Source of the DNA: Chloroflexota bacterium
GTDB lineage: Bacteria; Chloroflexota; Limnocylindria; Limnocylindrales; CSP1-4
Reading direction: 5' to 3'
DNA length: 64,000 nt
Assembly: GCA_031369685.1 (NCBI GenBank)
Contig: JANMPD010000099.1
Location: forward strand, 3,076 to 67,075
In this document: one piece after another, positions 46,084-56,123 of the stretch
Numbering within the stretch: the first letter of the stretch is position 1
Layout of the letters: every line of letters starts with the position of its first letter
Translations under genes and position numbers: made by a program
The notes under the pieces: model-generated
Told to the model about the DNA's origin: nothing
The model's database searches: none
The model's input: the letters and a program-made list of their open reading frames with translations, nothing else

Positions 46084-47463
46084 TTGGAACCGCAAGACCG
46101 TACCCCTCACTCTGGCCGCTCCCAGTCGGCGACGGTCGCGACGTTCTTGTCGTTCGTCTGGCCGGGGCTTGGGCAACTCTATCTTGGCCGCCATCGCGCA
46201 GCCGCGGTGTTCGCCGCTCCATCGCTGGTAGTGCTTCTGGTCCTGCTGTACCTGGCACGCGACGGACTTGAGGTCCTCGTGGTCCGGCTGATCATCCCGA
46301 GTAGCATCACGATCGTCGTTGCCACAATCGTGGCCGCCGCGGCGTGGCGCTTGGCGTCGATGGCGGCAGCGTTCTACGCCGTGCGCCCAGAGCCCATCAG
46401 GAGTACACAAGGGAGACAGGCGCCGAGTTCGATACGCGGATCATCGGGGGCACGGCGGGTCCTCGCGATCCTGGCGCTTGTCGTGCTGGTATCGCACGGC
46501 CTCCTCGCCTGGGGCGGGCTCGCTTTACGCCATGCCGGATCCCAGATCTTCGTCGGTCTCAGCCCGACGAGCCAACCCTCCGACCAGCCGCTCGGTTCAG
46601 ACTCGGGTGGCCAGACCCACGAGCCGACCGTGACGCCAGTACCTGATGACTGGATCAATTTGTTGATGATCGGCGCCGACTCCGGGCTGGGCTATAACCA
46701 TGCCCTGACCGACACGATCATCGTCGTCAGCGTGAACGCGACGACGCAGCAAGCCGCGATGTTCAGCTTCCCGCGAGATATCGCAGGATTCGCGATGTAC
46801 GACGGCGGGGCGTATTCAGGGAAACTGAATTCCCTCATGTCATACGCTGACGCACGCCCCAGGGAGTTTCCAAATGGTGGCATCGCCACCTTGAAGAACG
46901 AGGTCGGGTTCCTGCTCGGCGTGCCGATTGACTACTACGCCTTTGTAAATCTGGCGGGGTTCACAACGATCATCGACGTTCTCGGAGGCGTCGATGTCGT
47001 CAATGACCGCGCGATAACCGATGCCGGCTATGAGTTTCCGGACCATAAGACAGGATTCTTCCTGACAGCGGGCCCTCACCACCTCGATGGCCGCACGGCC
47101 CTGGCGTATGTGCGCTCGCGCAATGGCCCTGGCGACAACGATTTCACGCGCGCCCGACGACAACAACAGGTGCTTCTGGCCCTGAGGGCGCACTTGACTG
47201 ATCCAGCGATGCTGCCCAAGTTCGTAACCGTCCTTGAAGCTGTTGCCAGGACCGTGCAGACGGACTATCCGGAGGCCCAGGCGCCAGACCTGCTCGTCCT
47301 GTCCAAGAAGGTGGAGGGCGGTTCGATCGACCAATTCGTGCTCGGCCCGCCGTATGCCGAACGTGACCCATCGAGCTCATCGTACCGATTGATCCTCGAG
47401 ATGAAGAAGGTGCGCGCCCTGTCAATCCGCATTTTCGGCCCGGCGTCCTCTTACGCCCCGTAA
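46084..47463 (+). CDS. LCP family protein (LytR-CpsA-Psr glycopolymer ligase)
   Basis: Two N-terminal TM helices and a Pro-rich linker. LCP core motifs (TDTIIVVSVNATT; FPRDI; RQQQVL). Confidence 0.85.
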   Translation: MEPQDRTPHSGRSQSATVATFLSFVWPGLGQLYLGRHRAAAVFAAPSLVVLLVLLYLARDGLEVLVVRLIIPSSITIVVATIVAAAAWRLASMAAAFYAVRPEPIRSTQGRQAPSSIRGSSGARRVLAILALVVLVSHGLLAWGGLALRHAGSQIFVGLSPTSQPSDQPLGSDSGGQTHEPTVTPVPDDWINLLMIGADSGLGYNHALTDTIIVVSVNATTQQAAMFSFPRDIAGFAMYDGGAYSGKLNSLMSYADARPREFPNGGIATLKNEVGFLLGVPIDYYAFVNLAGFTTIIDVLGGVDVVNDRAITDAGYEFPDHKTGFFLTAGPHHLDGRTALAYVRSRNGPGDNDFTRARRQQQVLLALRAHLTDPAMLPKFVTVLEAVARTVQTDYPEAQAPDLLVLSKKVEGGSIDQFVLGPPYAERDPSSSSYRLILEMKKVRALSIRIFGPASSYAP

Positions 47464-47474
47464 GCGAAGGTTCG

Positions 47475-48470
47475 CTAAGTGACGAGCCCGTAGAGGGAGT
47501 CGAGTTGGTCGACGACGACCTCGGCAGCATGATTGCGTTCAACCCACACGCGCCCTGCGATGGCTCGGCGTTGTCGGTTGGGTTCGTCATCGAGCAGCGC
47601 GACGACATGGTCGGCGCACTGCGCAGCCGTTGAGGCCTGGCCGATTGGCGCTGGACTCGCCAGAGGATTGGGGTGGCGAAGGTCCGCGATGACCGTGAGC
47701 CCGGTCGCCATCGCCTCCAACTCGTACTGGCTGAGAATGCCGAGGTTGAACTGGCCCAGTGTGACCCGGTGGCGCGCCAAGAAGCTCGGCATCTCATCGT
47801 GGGCCCGTGGGTCGACGAACACAACACGATCCCCGAGCCGTTCGCGAGCGACTCGGGCCAACGAACCTGAATTGATGACCGTAATGGTCGTCGATGGACG
47901 TCGTCGAAGGACTTCCGCCGCCGAATCGATCGCGACAATCGCCCCCTTCACCTCGTCCAACTTGACGCCAATCAGAAGGTCTCGATCGGCCTGGCGCGTC
48001 GGGGAGAATCGGTTTACGTCGATCGGGTTCGGCAGAAACACGGCATCTGGCCGGTAGTTTTCGATGTCACTCGCCAGGTCGGGCGTTGCGTAGAGAACGA
48101 TCGCGGCCCCACGCAGGACGAACGAGACGTAACGCCCCCAGGCTGAACGTGGGCTCAGGCCGCGGATGTCCGTGCCGTGACAGTGCACCACATAGGGACG
48201 CGATGTGAATATCCCGACGAGCGCCTGGGTCGCATAGTGAACGTGGACAAGGTCCACCCTTTCATGGCGGATCCGGGCTGCGGCGGCACCGATCGTCGCC
48301 ACGCGAAGTGGGGCAGCCGCCAGCTTCCACGGAAATGGAAGGTTCGCCCCGGGCTTGGCCGGATCGATGACGATCGCCCGCCTGCCGCGGCGACGCTGCT
48401 CGAGCGCAAGTGTTTCGGGAACCGAGGCGATGTCGTTCACATGCGCGACAGACAGGGCATTGTTGGACAC
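47475..48470 (-). CDS. Glycosyltransferase family 1/4-like
   Basis: GT-B fold hallmarks (HVHYATQALVG; E-x7-E-like region). Divergent from the GT2 gene. Confidence 0.6.
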   Translation of the reverse strand: MSNNALSVAHVNDIASVPETLALEQRRRGRRAIVIDPAKPGANLPFPWKLAAAPLRVATIGAAAARIRHERVDLVHVHYATQALVGIFTSRPYVVHCHGTDIRGLSPRSAWGRYVSFVLRGAAIVLYATPDLASDIENYRPDAVFLPNPIDVNRFSPTRQADRDLLIGVKLDEVKGAIVAIDSAAEVLRRRPSTTITVINSGSLARVARERLGDRVVFVDPRAHDEMPSFLARHRVTLGQFNLGILSQYELEAMATGLTVIADLRHPNPLASPAPIGQASTAAQCADHVVALLDDEPNRQRRAIAGRVWVERNHAAEVVVDQLDSLYGLVT

Positions 48471-48546
48471 GAACCGAGTATATGGAAATAATGCCGAAGC
48501 CTACCCTGCCACAGACCTGTGAACGCCATCAATTCATGGAGGATGC

Positions 48547-49605
48547 ATGCCCGATGCGGCCGGAGCAAACGGAGAGGTGCCTGTCGTAACCCTTCTGGTA
48601 GCGATGAGAAACGAGGCTGACAACATCGTGGCCTGCCTTGAGTCAATCAAGGCCCAGGATTATCCGGAAGCATTGATCGAAATCCTCGTGTTCGATGGCA
48701 ACTCCACGGACTCGTCTACGGAGATTGCCGAGCGCACCCTGGGGCGTCGCCCTCGCGCAAGCGTCCGTCCCAACCCGCGGCAGACCCAGGCTGCGGCATG
48801 GAATATCGGCATCGAGGCCGCCGCCGGCGACGTGATCGGCATTGTCAGCGGACACTCGATCCTCGCCCCGGACTATGTGCGCGCCGCCATCGAGGTACTG
48901 CGGCGCACTGGTGCGGAGATGGTTGGCGGTCCGGTCCGAGCGATCGCAACGGGACCCGTCGGCGAGGCGATCGCGCTCGCCGGGAGCACCTCCTTCGGCG
49001 TCGGGGGGGCAAGCTTCCACTATCTCGAGGAAGAACAGGATGTCGATACGGTCTATATGGGCCTGAGCCCCCGCGACGTGTACCGGCGCTTCCGTTTCGA
49101 CGAGGAGATGGTCCGCAATCAAGACGATGAGCTCAGCTACCGATTGCTGGATTCCGGTTTACGAATCGTATGCAGTCCCTTGATCCGGAGTGCGTACCGC
49201 TCGCGCGGCACCCTCCCCGGGCTCTGGAAGCAGTACTTCGCCTACGGCTCCTGGAAGGTCCGCGTTATGCAAAAACATCCGGCCCAGGTGCGACTACGAC
49301 ATATCGTGCCGACCACGTTCGTCTGTTCACTGATCGTCGGGGCCGCCGCCGCTTTGGCTTGGCGCCCGGCTGCTCTACTGCCAGTCGGCGTTCTCGCAGC
49401 CTATGGGATCGCAATGGCTCGCGCCATCGCAACCATTCGGCCGCAACCTCGGAGCTCGGTCCTACCGTGGCTACCGCCCGCCTACCTGACTGCGCATGCC
49501 GCCTACGGCCTTGGTGTGCTTGCGGGCCTGATCAGGCATCGTCATTGGGAGCATGGCAGCCTGCGCCTGATGCTCACCCAACTGGTCGCACGCGCCAGAA
49601 ACTGA
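48547..49605 (+). CDS. Glycosyltransferase family 2
   Basis: GT-A N-terminal domain (VTLLVAMRNEADNI; DGNSTD). C-terminal TM helices. Confidence 0.8.
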   Translation: MPDAAGANGEVPVVTLLVAMRNEADNIVACLESIKAQDYPEALIEILVFDGNSTDSSTEIAERTLGRRPRASVRPNPRQTQAAAWNIGIEAAAGDVIGIVSGHSILAPDYVRAAIEVLRRTGAEMVGGPVRAIATGPVGEAIALAGSTSFGVGGASFHYLEEEQDVDTVYMGLSPRDVYRRFRFDEEMVRNQDDELSYRLLDSGLRIVCSPLIRSAYRSRGTLPGLWKQYFAYGSWKVRVMQKHPAQVRLRHIVPTTFVCSLIVGAAAALAWRPAALLPVGVLAAYGIAMARAIATIRPQPRSSVLPWLPPAYLTAHAAYGLGVLAGLIRHRHWEHGSLRLMLTQLVARARN

Positions 49606-50269
49606 TCCTGTGGGTTCGCGGAGCGACTCGAGCGATCGCTTGACCGAGGCGATGGTGGATGAGTGCGGCAGGGCCGACCACGTAGAGCAATGCGCTGACC
49701 GGAAACGAACCATTCGGCGATCGACCAGCCAGCTCAATCAGGCGATCCGATGACATCGCCACAACCCGCGAGTTGCGAGGGTTGCGGATCACGAAATCGT
49801 AGATGACAACAAGGCCTCCGGGCCGCACGATGCGTTCCATTTCAGCGAACAATGTGGCTCGGGCAGCGGAGCTCGGGATCGACGAGAAGACAGTCGCTGC
49901 GGTCGCCACACTGAACGCGCCGTCGGCGAAGGGCAGGGATACATCGGTGCCGACCCGAATGTCGACGCCAGGATTCCGAACTCGAGCCGCAACGACCCTG
50001 GTCTCAACAAGGTCGATTCCCGCTAATTGATCGGCCGGCCAGCCCGCATGGCGCCAGAACTCGAAATCGAGTCCGCTGCCGCACCCGACATCGATGATCG
50101 GTGGGTTCTGACTGTTCGGGATTTCGGACCTGACGAGTTCAAGCGTTCGTGCCCAACGTTCAGCGGTCAGCATTCGAGATGCGGCCGCTGCCCACGGTCG
50201 CGTGGCCTTCATGTCACGGGCCACAAAGATTCGCCTGATCGCTTCCGCTTCGTCGGGACCGTCCGTCAC
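49574..50269 (-). CDS. Class I SAM-dependent methyltransferase
   Basis: SAM motif I (IIDVGCGSG) and motif post-I. Confidence 0.75.
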   Translation of the reverse strand: MTDGPDEAEAIRRIFVARDMKATRPWAAAASRMLTAERWARTLELVRSEIPNSQNPPIIDVGCGSGLDFEFWRHAGWPADQLAGIDLVETRVVAARVRNPGVDIRVGTDVSLPFADGAFSVATAATVFSSIPSSAARATLFAEMERIVRPGGLVVIYDFVIRNPRNSRVVAMSSDRLIELAGRSPNGSFPVSALLYVVGPAALIHHRLGQAIARVAPRTHRISFWRVRPVG

Positions 50270-50271
50270 GA

Positions 50272-50946
50272 TCAGGTCACACTGCTCGTGCCGCCCCGAG
50301 CGTCAGCCCAGCTTTCTCGAAGCGAACGTCCGAGTCGTGCCTCGGCGGCCTCGATGCTCAACGCCCGTCCGGCAAGGGCACCGATCGTCCGGCCGAGGAT
50401 CCACAGATCGAGTGCCGGCGAGCGGCACTCCAGGTAGGCGAGATCGATCCTCAATTTCGCCGGCAATATCACCGACCGATATTTTCCCTCCGGGTTCGGT
50501 CCATCGAGCATCGATGCCTCCTCCACGTAGATGAGTTGTGTGAGCCCCGTGATTCCCGGAACAGAAGAGAATACGCGGACATGCAGGGGGTCATCGAGAT
50601 CGACGAATTCCGGTGCCTCGGGCCGCGGCCCGACCAGTCGCATGTCCCCTAGCGCCACGTTCCAGAACTGTGGCAACTCGTCGAGCCTGAAACGGCGCAA
50701 GACCGCACCGACTCGGGTGATCCGAGTGTCGCGTGCACCGGTCACGGCCATCCCGACCGCACCACCATGCGACATCGTTCGCAATTTGAGGCACCGGAAT
50801 GGTTCGCGGTTCCGACCTATCCGGATCGCGCGATAGAACGCCGGCCCCGGACGGTCAAGCTTCACTGCCAGCGCGAGCACGAACACGAGCGGCAGCGTCA
50901 GTATCGCGATGACGAGACCGATCAGGCGCTGTGTTGACTCGGACAT
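50272..50946 (-). CDS. Small monotopic phosphoglycosyl transferase (bacterial sugar transferase, PglC/WbaP-C-like)
   Basis: Single N-terminal re-entrant helix. Sugar_tran motifs (KLRTM; GLTQL). 224 aa. Confidence 0.85.
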   Translation of the reverse strand: MSESTQRLIGLVIAILTLPLVFVLALAVKLDRPGPAFYRAIRIGRNREPFRCLKLRTMSHGGAVGMAVTGARDTRITRVGAVLRRFRLDELPQFWNVALGDMRLVGPRPEAPEFVDLDDPLHVRVFSSVPGITGLTQLIYVEEASMLDGPNPEGKYRSVILPAKLRIDLAYLECRSPALDLWILGRTIGALAGRALSIEAAEARLGRSLRESWADARGGTSSVT

Positions 50947-51031
50947 GCTTGCCAGGTCCTCATTGGGAATGCCAGCGGATCAGGCTACGATGGTATCGCC
51001 ACCCCGGCGGAACTGGGGATCAGCGGGACTC

Positions 51032-52486
51032 ATGCTCCGATCCTTTCTTCGTGACAGCCTGATCTACGGCTCCGCCACTGTCCTGGTGCGAGCCGTGGCG
51101 ATTCTCATCGTTCCGATTCTCACCCGTTTCCTGACCCCTGCGGACTATGGCTCGATCGACATCCTGGCCGTCTTCGCGGGATTCGTGAGCGTCATCGTTT
51201 CGCTCGAGATCGTCCAGGCAGTTGCGCGTTTCTATCCGGACAGCACCAGCCTCACCGATCGTGTTGGCTACGCCTCGACGTCGCTTTGGTTTGCTGTCAT
51301 CGAGTACACCGTCTTCCTCGGACTCGGGCAACTGCTGGCACCCCGATTGGCAGAAGCGCTCCTGCGTTCGCCCGACAACGAAGAGATTGTCCGTGTCGCG
51401 CTGGTCGCGATGTGGGGCAACGGGATCTTTTATGTTGCCCAGAGTCAGCTGCGGTGGCAGCTCCTTGCGAAGCGCTTTGCTGCGGCCAGCATCCTCTACT
51501 CGGTCACCTCGATGGGCGCCGGCATCCTCTTCGTTGTCGGCGGCGCGGGCGTTGCGGGCGTCTTCGCCGGTCAGGTCATCGGGGCTGCGGTCGGAATCGG
51601 CGTGTCAGGTTGGGCCCTCCGGTCGGCATATCGGCCCGCCATCGATCTTGCAAAGCTCCGGGCGATGTTGGCCTTTTCAGCACCGCTCGTCCCGTCGAGC
51701 CTCGGAGTGCTGGCAACGGTATATATCGACCGGATTGCCATTTCCGCGCTGCTCGGGCTAGGCGAACTGGGGCTGTTTGGAATCGGTTACAGGCTCGCTT
51801 CGGTGACCGCTCTGCTCAGCCTGGGCGTTCAAAGTGCATTGACCCCTTTGATCTACACCCACCACCGCGCGGCGCAGACGCCAAGCGAGATCGCCAATAT
51901 TTTCAGGCTCTATGCCGCCGGCGCGATTGTCTTGTCGCTAGGTCTGGGCCTGTTCGCCCGTGAGATGCTGGCGCTGCTGACCACGCCGGCATATGCGGGC
52001 GGAGCCGTGGTGGTACCGCTCCTTGCGCCGGCGCTCGTCCTGTCCGGGATGTACATCTTCGCGCCCGGACCAAGCATCGCAAAGCGGACCGGGCTCATTG
52101 CAGGGATCAACCTCGCTGGAGCGATCCTCAATACGGCGTTGAACCTGCTCCTGATCCCGGTGGCAGGGATTCTTGGCGCCGCAGCAGCGACGTTGACGAG
52201 CGCCGCGATCGTGTTCTGCCTGAACATGACGGTGAGCCAGCGCCTCTATGCTGTTCCCCATGACTGGCGTTCGCTCGGAGCCGCGGTTGCCGTTGCCGCA
52301 GCACTCCTTGGCACCGGATGGTGGCTCGCCCCCCCCGATCTTCTCGGGGTCGGTGTCAAGGCAGTTCTCTTGATGCTCGGACTGATCGCCTGCATCCGTC
52401 TGGGTCTCGTTCAGACGCGCGAGGTCTTCAGCATGATGGAGGTCGCCCGCGATGGCATCCGCCGTGTCCGTATGTCGGGCTCATGA
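51032..52486 (+). CDS. Polysaccharide biosynthesis protein / Wzx-like flippase (MOP superfamily)
   Basis: Approximately 12-14 TM helices. N-terminal Wzx-like region (YGSATVLVRAVAILIVPILTRFLTPADYG). Confidence 0.75.
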   Translation: MLRSFLRDSLIYGSATVLVRAVAILIVPILTRFLTPADYGSIDILAVFAGFVSVIVSLEIVQAVARFYPDSTSLTDRVGYASTSLWFAVIEYTVFLGLGQLLAPRLAEALLRSPDNEEIVRVALVAMWGNGIFYVAQSQLRWQLLAKRFAAASILYSVTSMGAGILFVVGGAGVAGVFAGQVIGAAVGIGVSGWALRSAYRPAIDLAKLRAMLAFSAPLVPSSLGVLATVYIDRIAISALLGLGELGLFGIGYRLASVTALLSLGVQSALTPLIYTHHRAAQTPSEIANIFRLYAAGAIVLSLGLGLFAREMLALLTTPAYAGGAVVVPLLAPALVLSGMYIFAPGPSIAKRTGLIAGINLAGAILNTALNLLLIPVAGILGAAAATLTSAAIVFCLNMTVSQRLYAVPHDWRSLGAAVAVAAALLGTGWWLAPPDLLGVGVKAVLLMLGLIACIRLGLVQTREVFSMMEVARDGIRRVRMSGS

Positions 52487-53094
52487 AGGTTGTCATCGTT
52501 GGATACGGCATCGGGAATCTCGGGGCGATCCCGAACATGCTCCAGCGGCTGGGAGTCGACGCTCACATCAGCCGCGACCCCGCGACGATCCGGGCCGCCG
52601 ATCGACTCATCCTGCCTGGCGTGGGCGCCTTTGACGCGGCGATCCGGGCCCTCCACCAGTACGACCTCGTCCCGGTGCTCAACGAGCGCGTCCAGGCTGG
52701 GCTGCCGGTCCTGGGGCTGTGCCTTGGCATGGAAATCATGGCGAGCGATAGTGAAGAGGGAACACTGCCGGGACTCGGGTGGATCCCGGGCCGCGTGGTC
52801 CGTTTGATCCTTCCGCCGGGTGACGCTCTTCGGATCCCGCATATGGGCTGGAACTACATCACGCCCCTAACGGATCTACCGTTGCTCCACGAGCTCGGTG
52901 AGCGCCCTCGATTCTACTTTGCTCACTCGTACCACTTCGCTGCCGCATCTCCAGACGACGTCGCGGCAACGACCACCTACGGGATCCCGTTTGCGTCGGT
53001 CATCCACCACGACAACGTGACGGGAATTCAGTTCCACCCAGAAAAGAGCCATCGTTTTGGCTTGAAGCTGTTCGAGAACTTCCTTGCCCCTTGA
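52483..53094 (+). CDS. HisH-like glutamine amidotransferase (WbuY-like)
   Basis: Class I GATase triad context (GLCLGMEIM; H-x-E near the C-terminus). ATGA overlap with the flippase gene. Confidence 0.85.
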   Translation: MKVVIVGYGIGNLGAIPNMLQRLGVDAHISRDPATIRAADRLILPGVGAFDAAIRALHQYDLVPVLNERVQAGLPVLGLCLGMEIMASDSEEGTLPGLGWIPGRVVRLILPPGDALRIPHMGWNYITPLTDLPLLHELGERPRFYFAHSYHFAAASPDDVAATTTYGIPFASVIHHDNVTGIQFHPEKSHRFGLKLFENFLAP

Positions 53095-53953
53095 CCAGAT
53101 CCCGATTCCGAGAGTGATCCCCGTCCTCCTCCTGGACGAGGATGGGATGGTGAAGACGGTGCGTTATACCGACCCGACGTATGTCGGCGATCCGGTTAAC
53201 GTGATCAACCTGTTCAATCGATTTGAAGTTGACGAAATAGCCCTGCTCAACATCCGAGCGACAGTCGATGGCACGGCGATGCCATTCGCGCTGATGGAAG
53301 AGTTGGCGAGCGAATGCTGGGTGCCACTCTCGTACGGTGGCGGGATCAGCAACCTCGAACAGGTCAGGCAGATCCTCGGCCTGGGCATTGAGAAGGTTGT
53401 TCTTGGCACCGCAGCGGCCGATCAACCTGAGCTCATTCGGACCGTGGCTGAGACATTTGGCAGTCAGGCGGTCGTTGTGTCGGTCGATGCCATGCAAACG
53501 CGGGCAGGTGGGTATGACGTGGTCGTCGAGAGCGCGACGCGGTACCTGGGTGTTGACCCGGTCGTCTACGCGCTTCGGATGGCGGCGATGGGGGCCGGCG
53601 AGATCCTGCTCAATGCGGTCCATCGCGACGGCACGATGGCTGGCTACGATCTCGCGCTCATCGACGTGGTGAGCCATGCCGTCGACATCCCGGTGATCGC
53701 CTGTGGTGGGGCGGGAGACCGGCGCGACCTTGCGACACCGCTGCTCGCCGGGGCCAGTGCGGTCGGTGCGGGAAGCCTGTTCGTCTTTCAAGGGCGCGCG
53801 CGGAGCGTCCTCGTCAATTTTCCGGAGCGTGGCGCCCTTGAAGCCATGCTCGAGCCGGCGCTGCGACACCGGGCCGAGGCTCAGGCCCAGGTCAACACCG
53901 CGCGGAGTGATTCGACGACCCGCCCGACTCCGTTGTCTCCCAGACCCGGATAG
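53084..53953 (+). CDS. HisF-like cyclase subunit (WbuZ-like)
   Basis: (Beta/alpha)8 HisF-like motifs (VIPVLLLDEDGMV; IACGGAG). Possible GTG start at 53114. Confidence 0.85.
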   Translation: MPLDQIPIPRVIPVLLLDEDGMVKTVRYTDPTYVGDPVNVINLFNRFEVDEIALLNIRATVDGTAMPFALMEELASECWVPLSYGGGISNLEQVRQILGLGIEKVVLGTAAADQPELIRTVAETFGSQAVVVSVDAMQTRAGGYDVVVESATRYLGVDPVVYALRMAAMGAGEILLNAVHRDGTMAGYDLALIDVVSHAVDIPVIACGGAGDRRDLATPLLAGASAVGAGSLFVFQGRARSVLVNFPERGALEAMLEPALRHRAEAQAQVNTARSDSTTRPTPLSPRPG

Positions 53954-55002
53954 AGCGGCAACGTGAGGCTTTGCCTGTACGCGGTCCACGAGCCGGGCAA
54001 GTCTCCGCTTTGGCCCCCATAGGTGTTCCTGAAGAACGGCTCATGGTGGAGCGCATAGGTGCCCAGGGTCGTCTCGATCCCTCGTTCGCGCATGCGGGCG
54101 ATCACAACATCCCGCTCAATCGTGGAGTCCAGGAGGATCACGAACGACTGGTAAACGTGCCCGCCCCAGGCGGGCTCGACCGGAGGCGTGACACCGGGGA
54201 CACCAGCGAGGGCGGATCGATACACCCCTGCCAAACGACGCTTCTCGGCGATGACGGCCTCGAGCTTGCGCATCTGGGCGAGCCCAATTGCAGCCAGAAT
54301 GTCGCTCAAGCGGTAATTGAATCCGGCCATGGCAAACGTGAAGCGCCCGTCGGCGCGGTGTCCGCCGTGGTTGCGGAGAAGTCGCAGGGTGTCGGCGATC
54401 GCGGGATCGTTCGTGGTGACCATCCCGCCTTCGCCCGTCGTGATCGCCTTCCGGGGATGGAAACTGAAACAACCAAGCGTGCCGATCGATCCGACGGGTT
54501 TGCCGTAATAGGTTGTCCCGATCGCGCACGCCGCATCCTCAACGACCAACAGTCCGTGCTTTTCGGCGATGGCCATGATCGGATCCATGTCGGCTGAGAG
54601 GCCGAAGGTGTGCACCGGCATGATGGCGCGGGTCTTGTGGGTGACCTTGGTCGCGAGGTCCTTCGGGTCGATCGTAAAGGTCGACGGATCTATATCGACC
54701 AGCACAGGACGGGCTCCCTGCTGGACCACGACATTTGCGGAGGCGGGAAACGTGTAGTCAGCAACCAGGACTTCGTCCCGAGGGCCAATCCCAAGCGCCG
54801 CCAGCGAGAGATGCAGGGCCGTGGTCGCCGAGGTCGTTGCGATCCCGTGCGCCGCAGCGACGCGGTCAGCGACGACCCGCTCAAAAGCCGCGACCTTGGG
54901 ACCCTGGGTCAGTTGGCCACTGGCGAAGACCTCTTCGACTTCACGCAGTTCCTCAGGGCCCAGGTCTGGGACCACCAAACGGATGAACGTGTCGAGCGTC
55001 AT
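53881..55002 (-). CDS. DegT/DnrJ/EryC1/StrS family sugar aminotransferase (second copy)
   Basis: Sugar aminotransferase fold. Lys in SFHPRKAITTGEGG. 4-nt overlap with the upstream epimerase/dehydratase. Confidence 0.9.
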   Translation of the reverse strand: MTLDTFIRLVVPDLGPEELREVEEVFASGQLTQGPKVAAFERVVADRVAAAHGIATTSATTALHLSLAALGIGPRDEVLVADYTFPASANVVVQQGARPVLVDIDPSTFTIDPKDLATKVTHKTRAIMPVHTFGLSADMDPIMAIAEKHGLLVVEDAACAIGTTYYGKPVGSIGTLGCFSFHPRKAITTGEGGMVTTNDPAIADTLRLLRNHGGHRADGRFTFAMAGFNYRLSDILAAIGLAQMRKLEAVIAEKRRLAGVYRSALAGVPGVTPPVEPAWGGHVYQSFVILLDSTIERDVVIARMRERGIETTLGTYALHHEPFFRNTYGGQSGDLPGSWTAYRQSLTLPLYPGLGDNGVGRVVESLRAVLTWA

Positions 55003-55970
55003 GTTGATGCGCTCAGCGACTCCTGGTACCAGGCGACGGTTTCCCGCAAGCCCTCACCGAGAGGGGTTTGAGCATCGAAACCAAAGATTTCCCTTGCTCG
55101 CTCCATGGCCGCACAGTGTCGCCGGACATCGCCGGGCCGGGCGTCGGCATGAATCACCTCGGCCTCAACTTCGAGCGCGGTCAGCAGTGCGTTGACCAGG
55201 TCGTTCACGCTTGTTTCGTGGCCGCTGCCGACATTGATCACGAGCCCGCGACTGCCCGGGCTCTCGTAGATCCTCACCGCGGCCTCGGCCGTGTCGCGCA
55301 CGAAAATGAAGTCTCGTGTTTGTTCGCCGTCGCCAAAGATCTCGATTGTCTCGCCCCGGAGTGCCCGTCCGACAACGATGGGTATGAGGCCGGCGTATGC
55401 ACCGGCATTCTGGCGCGGTCCGTAGTTGTTGAATGGGCGGAGGATCGCCGCGTCGATCCCATAGGTCTCGCGATAGGCGAGGACGATGTGATCCCCGGCG
55501 AGCTTGCTCGCCGCGTATGGCGTTGAGGGATTTGGCGGGTGCTGCTCGTCCATCGGCACGTAGGAAGCCGAGCCGTACGCCTCGGATGACGAGAAGTGGA
55601 TCAGGGTCTCGTAGTAGCCCTGTCGGAGGAGCTCGCATGACACTGTCGCGAGCGCGACGTTCTGTTCAACGGTCCAGCGCGGGTTGACCAGGGACGTAGG
55701 CAGGGGAACGATCGCGAGGTTGAAAACGACATCGATTCGGTCAGCCGACAGGATGGCTGTCATCGCGTCGTAGTCTGCCGCATCCTGCCGATGGATGATC
55801 AATCCCGGGTAGCCCTTACGCGCATCAGCCAGGTTCTCTTCTCGGCCAAGAAACAGGTTGTCGACCACGACGAGGGCCGCCGGCCGATCGCGTGCGATTC
55901 TCTCGACGAGGTGGCTCCCGATGAAGCCGGCCCCACCCGTGACGAGGACTCGCTTTCCGGTCAAGCTCAT
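54999..55970 (-). CDS. NAD-dependent NDP-sugar epimerase/dehydratase (RfbB/GalE-like SDR)
   Basis: TGGAGFIGSHL motif. YAASK catalytic motif. GDGEQTRDFIFV motif. Confidence 0.85.
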   Translation of the reverse strand: MSLTGKRVLVTGGAGFIGSHLVERIARDRPAALVVVDNLFLGREENLADARKGYPGLIIHRQDAADYDAMTAILSADRIDVVFNLAIVPLPTSLVNPRWTVEQNVALATVSCELLRQGYYETLIHFSSSEAYGSASYVPMDEQHPPNPSTPYAASKLAGDHIVLAYRETYGIDAAILRPFNNYGPRQNAGAYAGLIPIVVGRALRGETIEIFGDGEQTRDFIFVRDTAEAAVRIYESPGSRGLVINVGSGHETSVNDLVNALLTALEVEAEVIHADARPGDVRRHCAAMERAREIFGFDAQTPLGEGLRETVAWYQESLSAST

Positions 55971-56123
55971 GGCGCGGTCCGGCAAGGTGGGCGTGATCTT
56001 GGCGCTCAGTGGAATCCTCATCTCTGAGCGATCGGACGATCGCAACGCTCGGCAGTATGGCATGGCCGACGAGGCGGTAGGCTGTAGCCGCCCATTGGCC
56101 CATGAACGAGGCGAACCTGCTCC

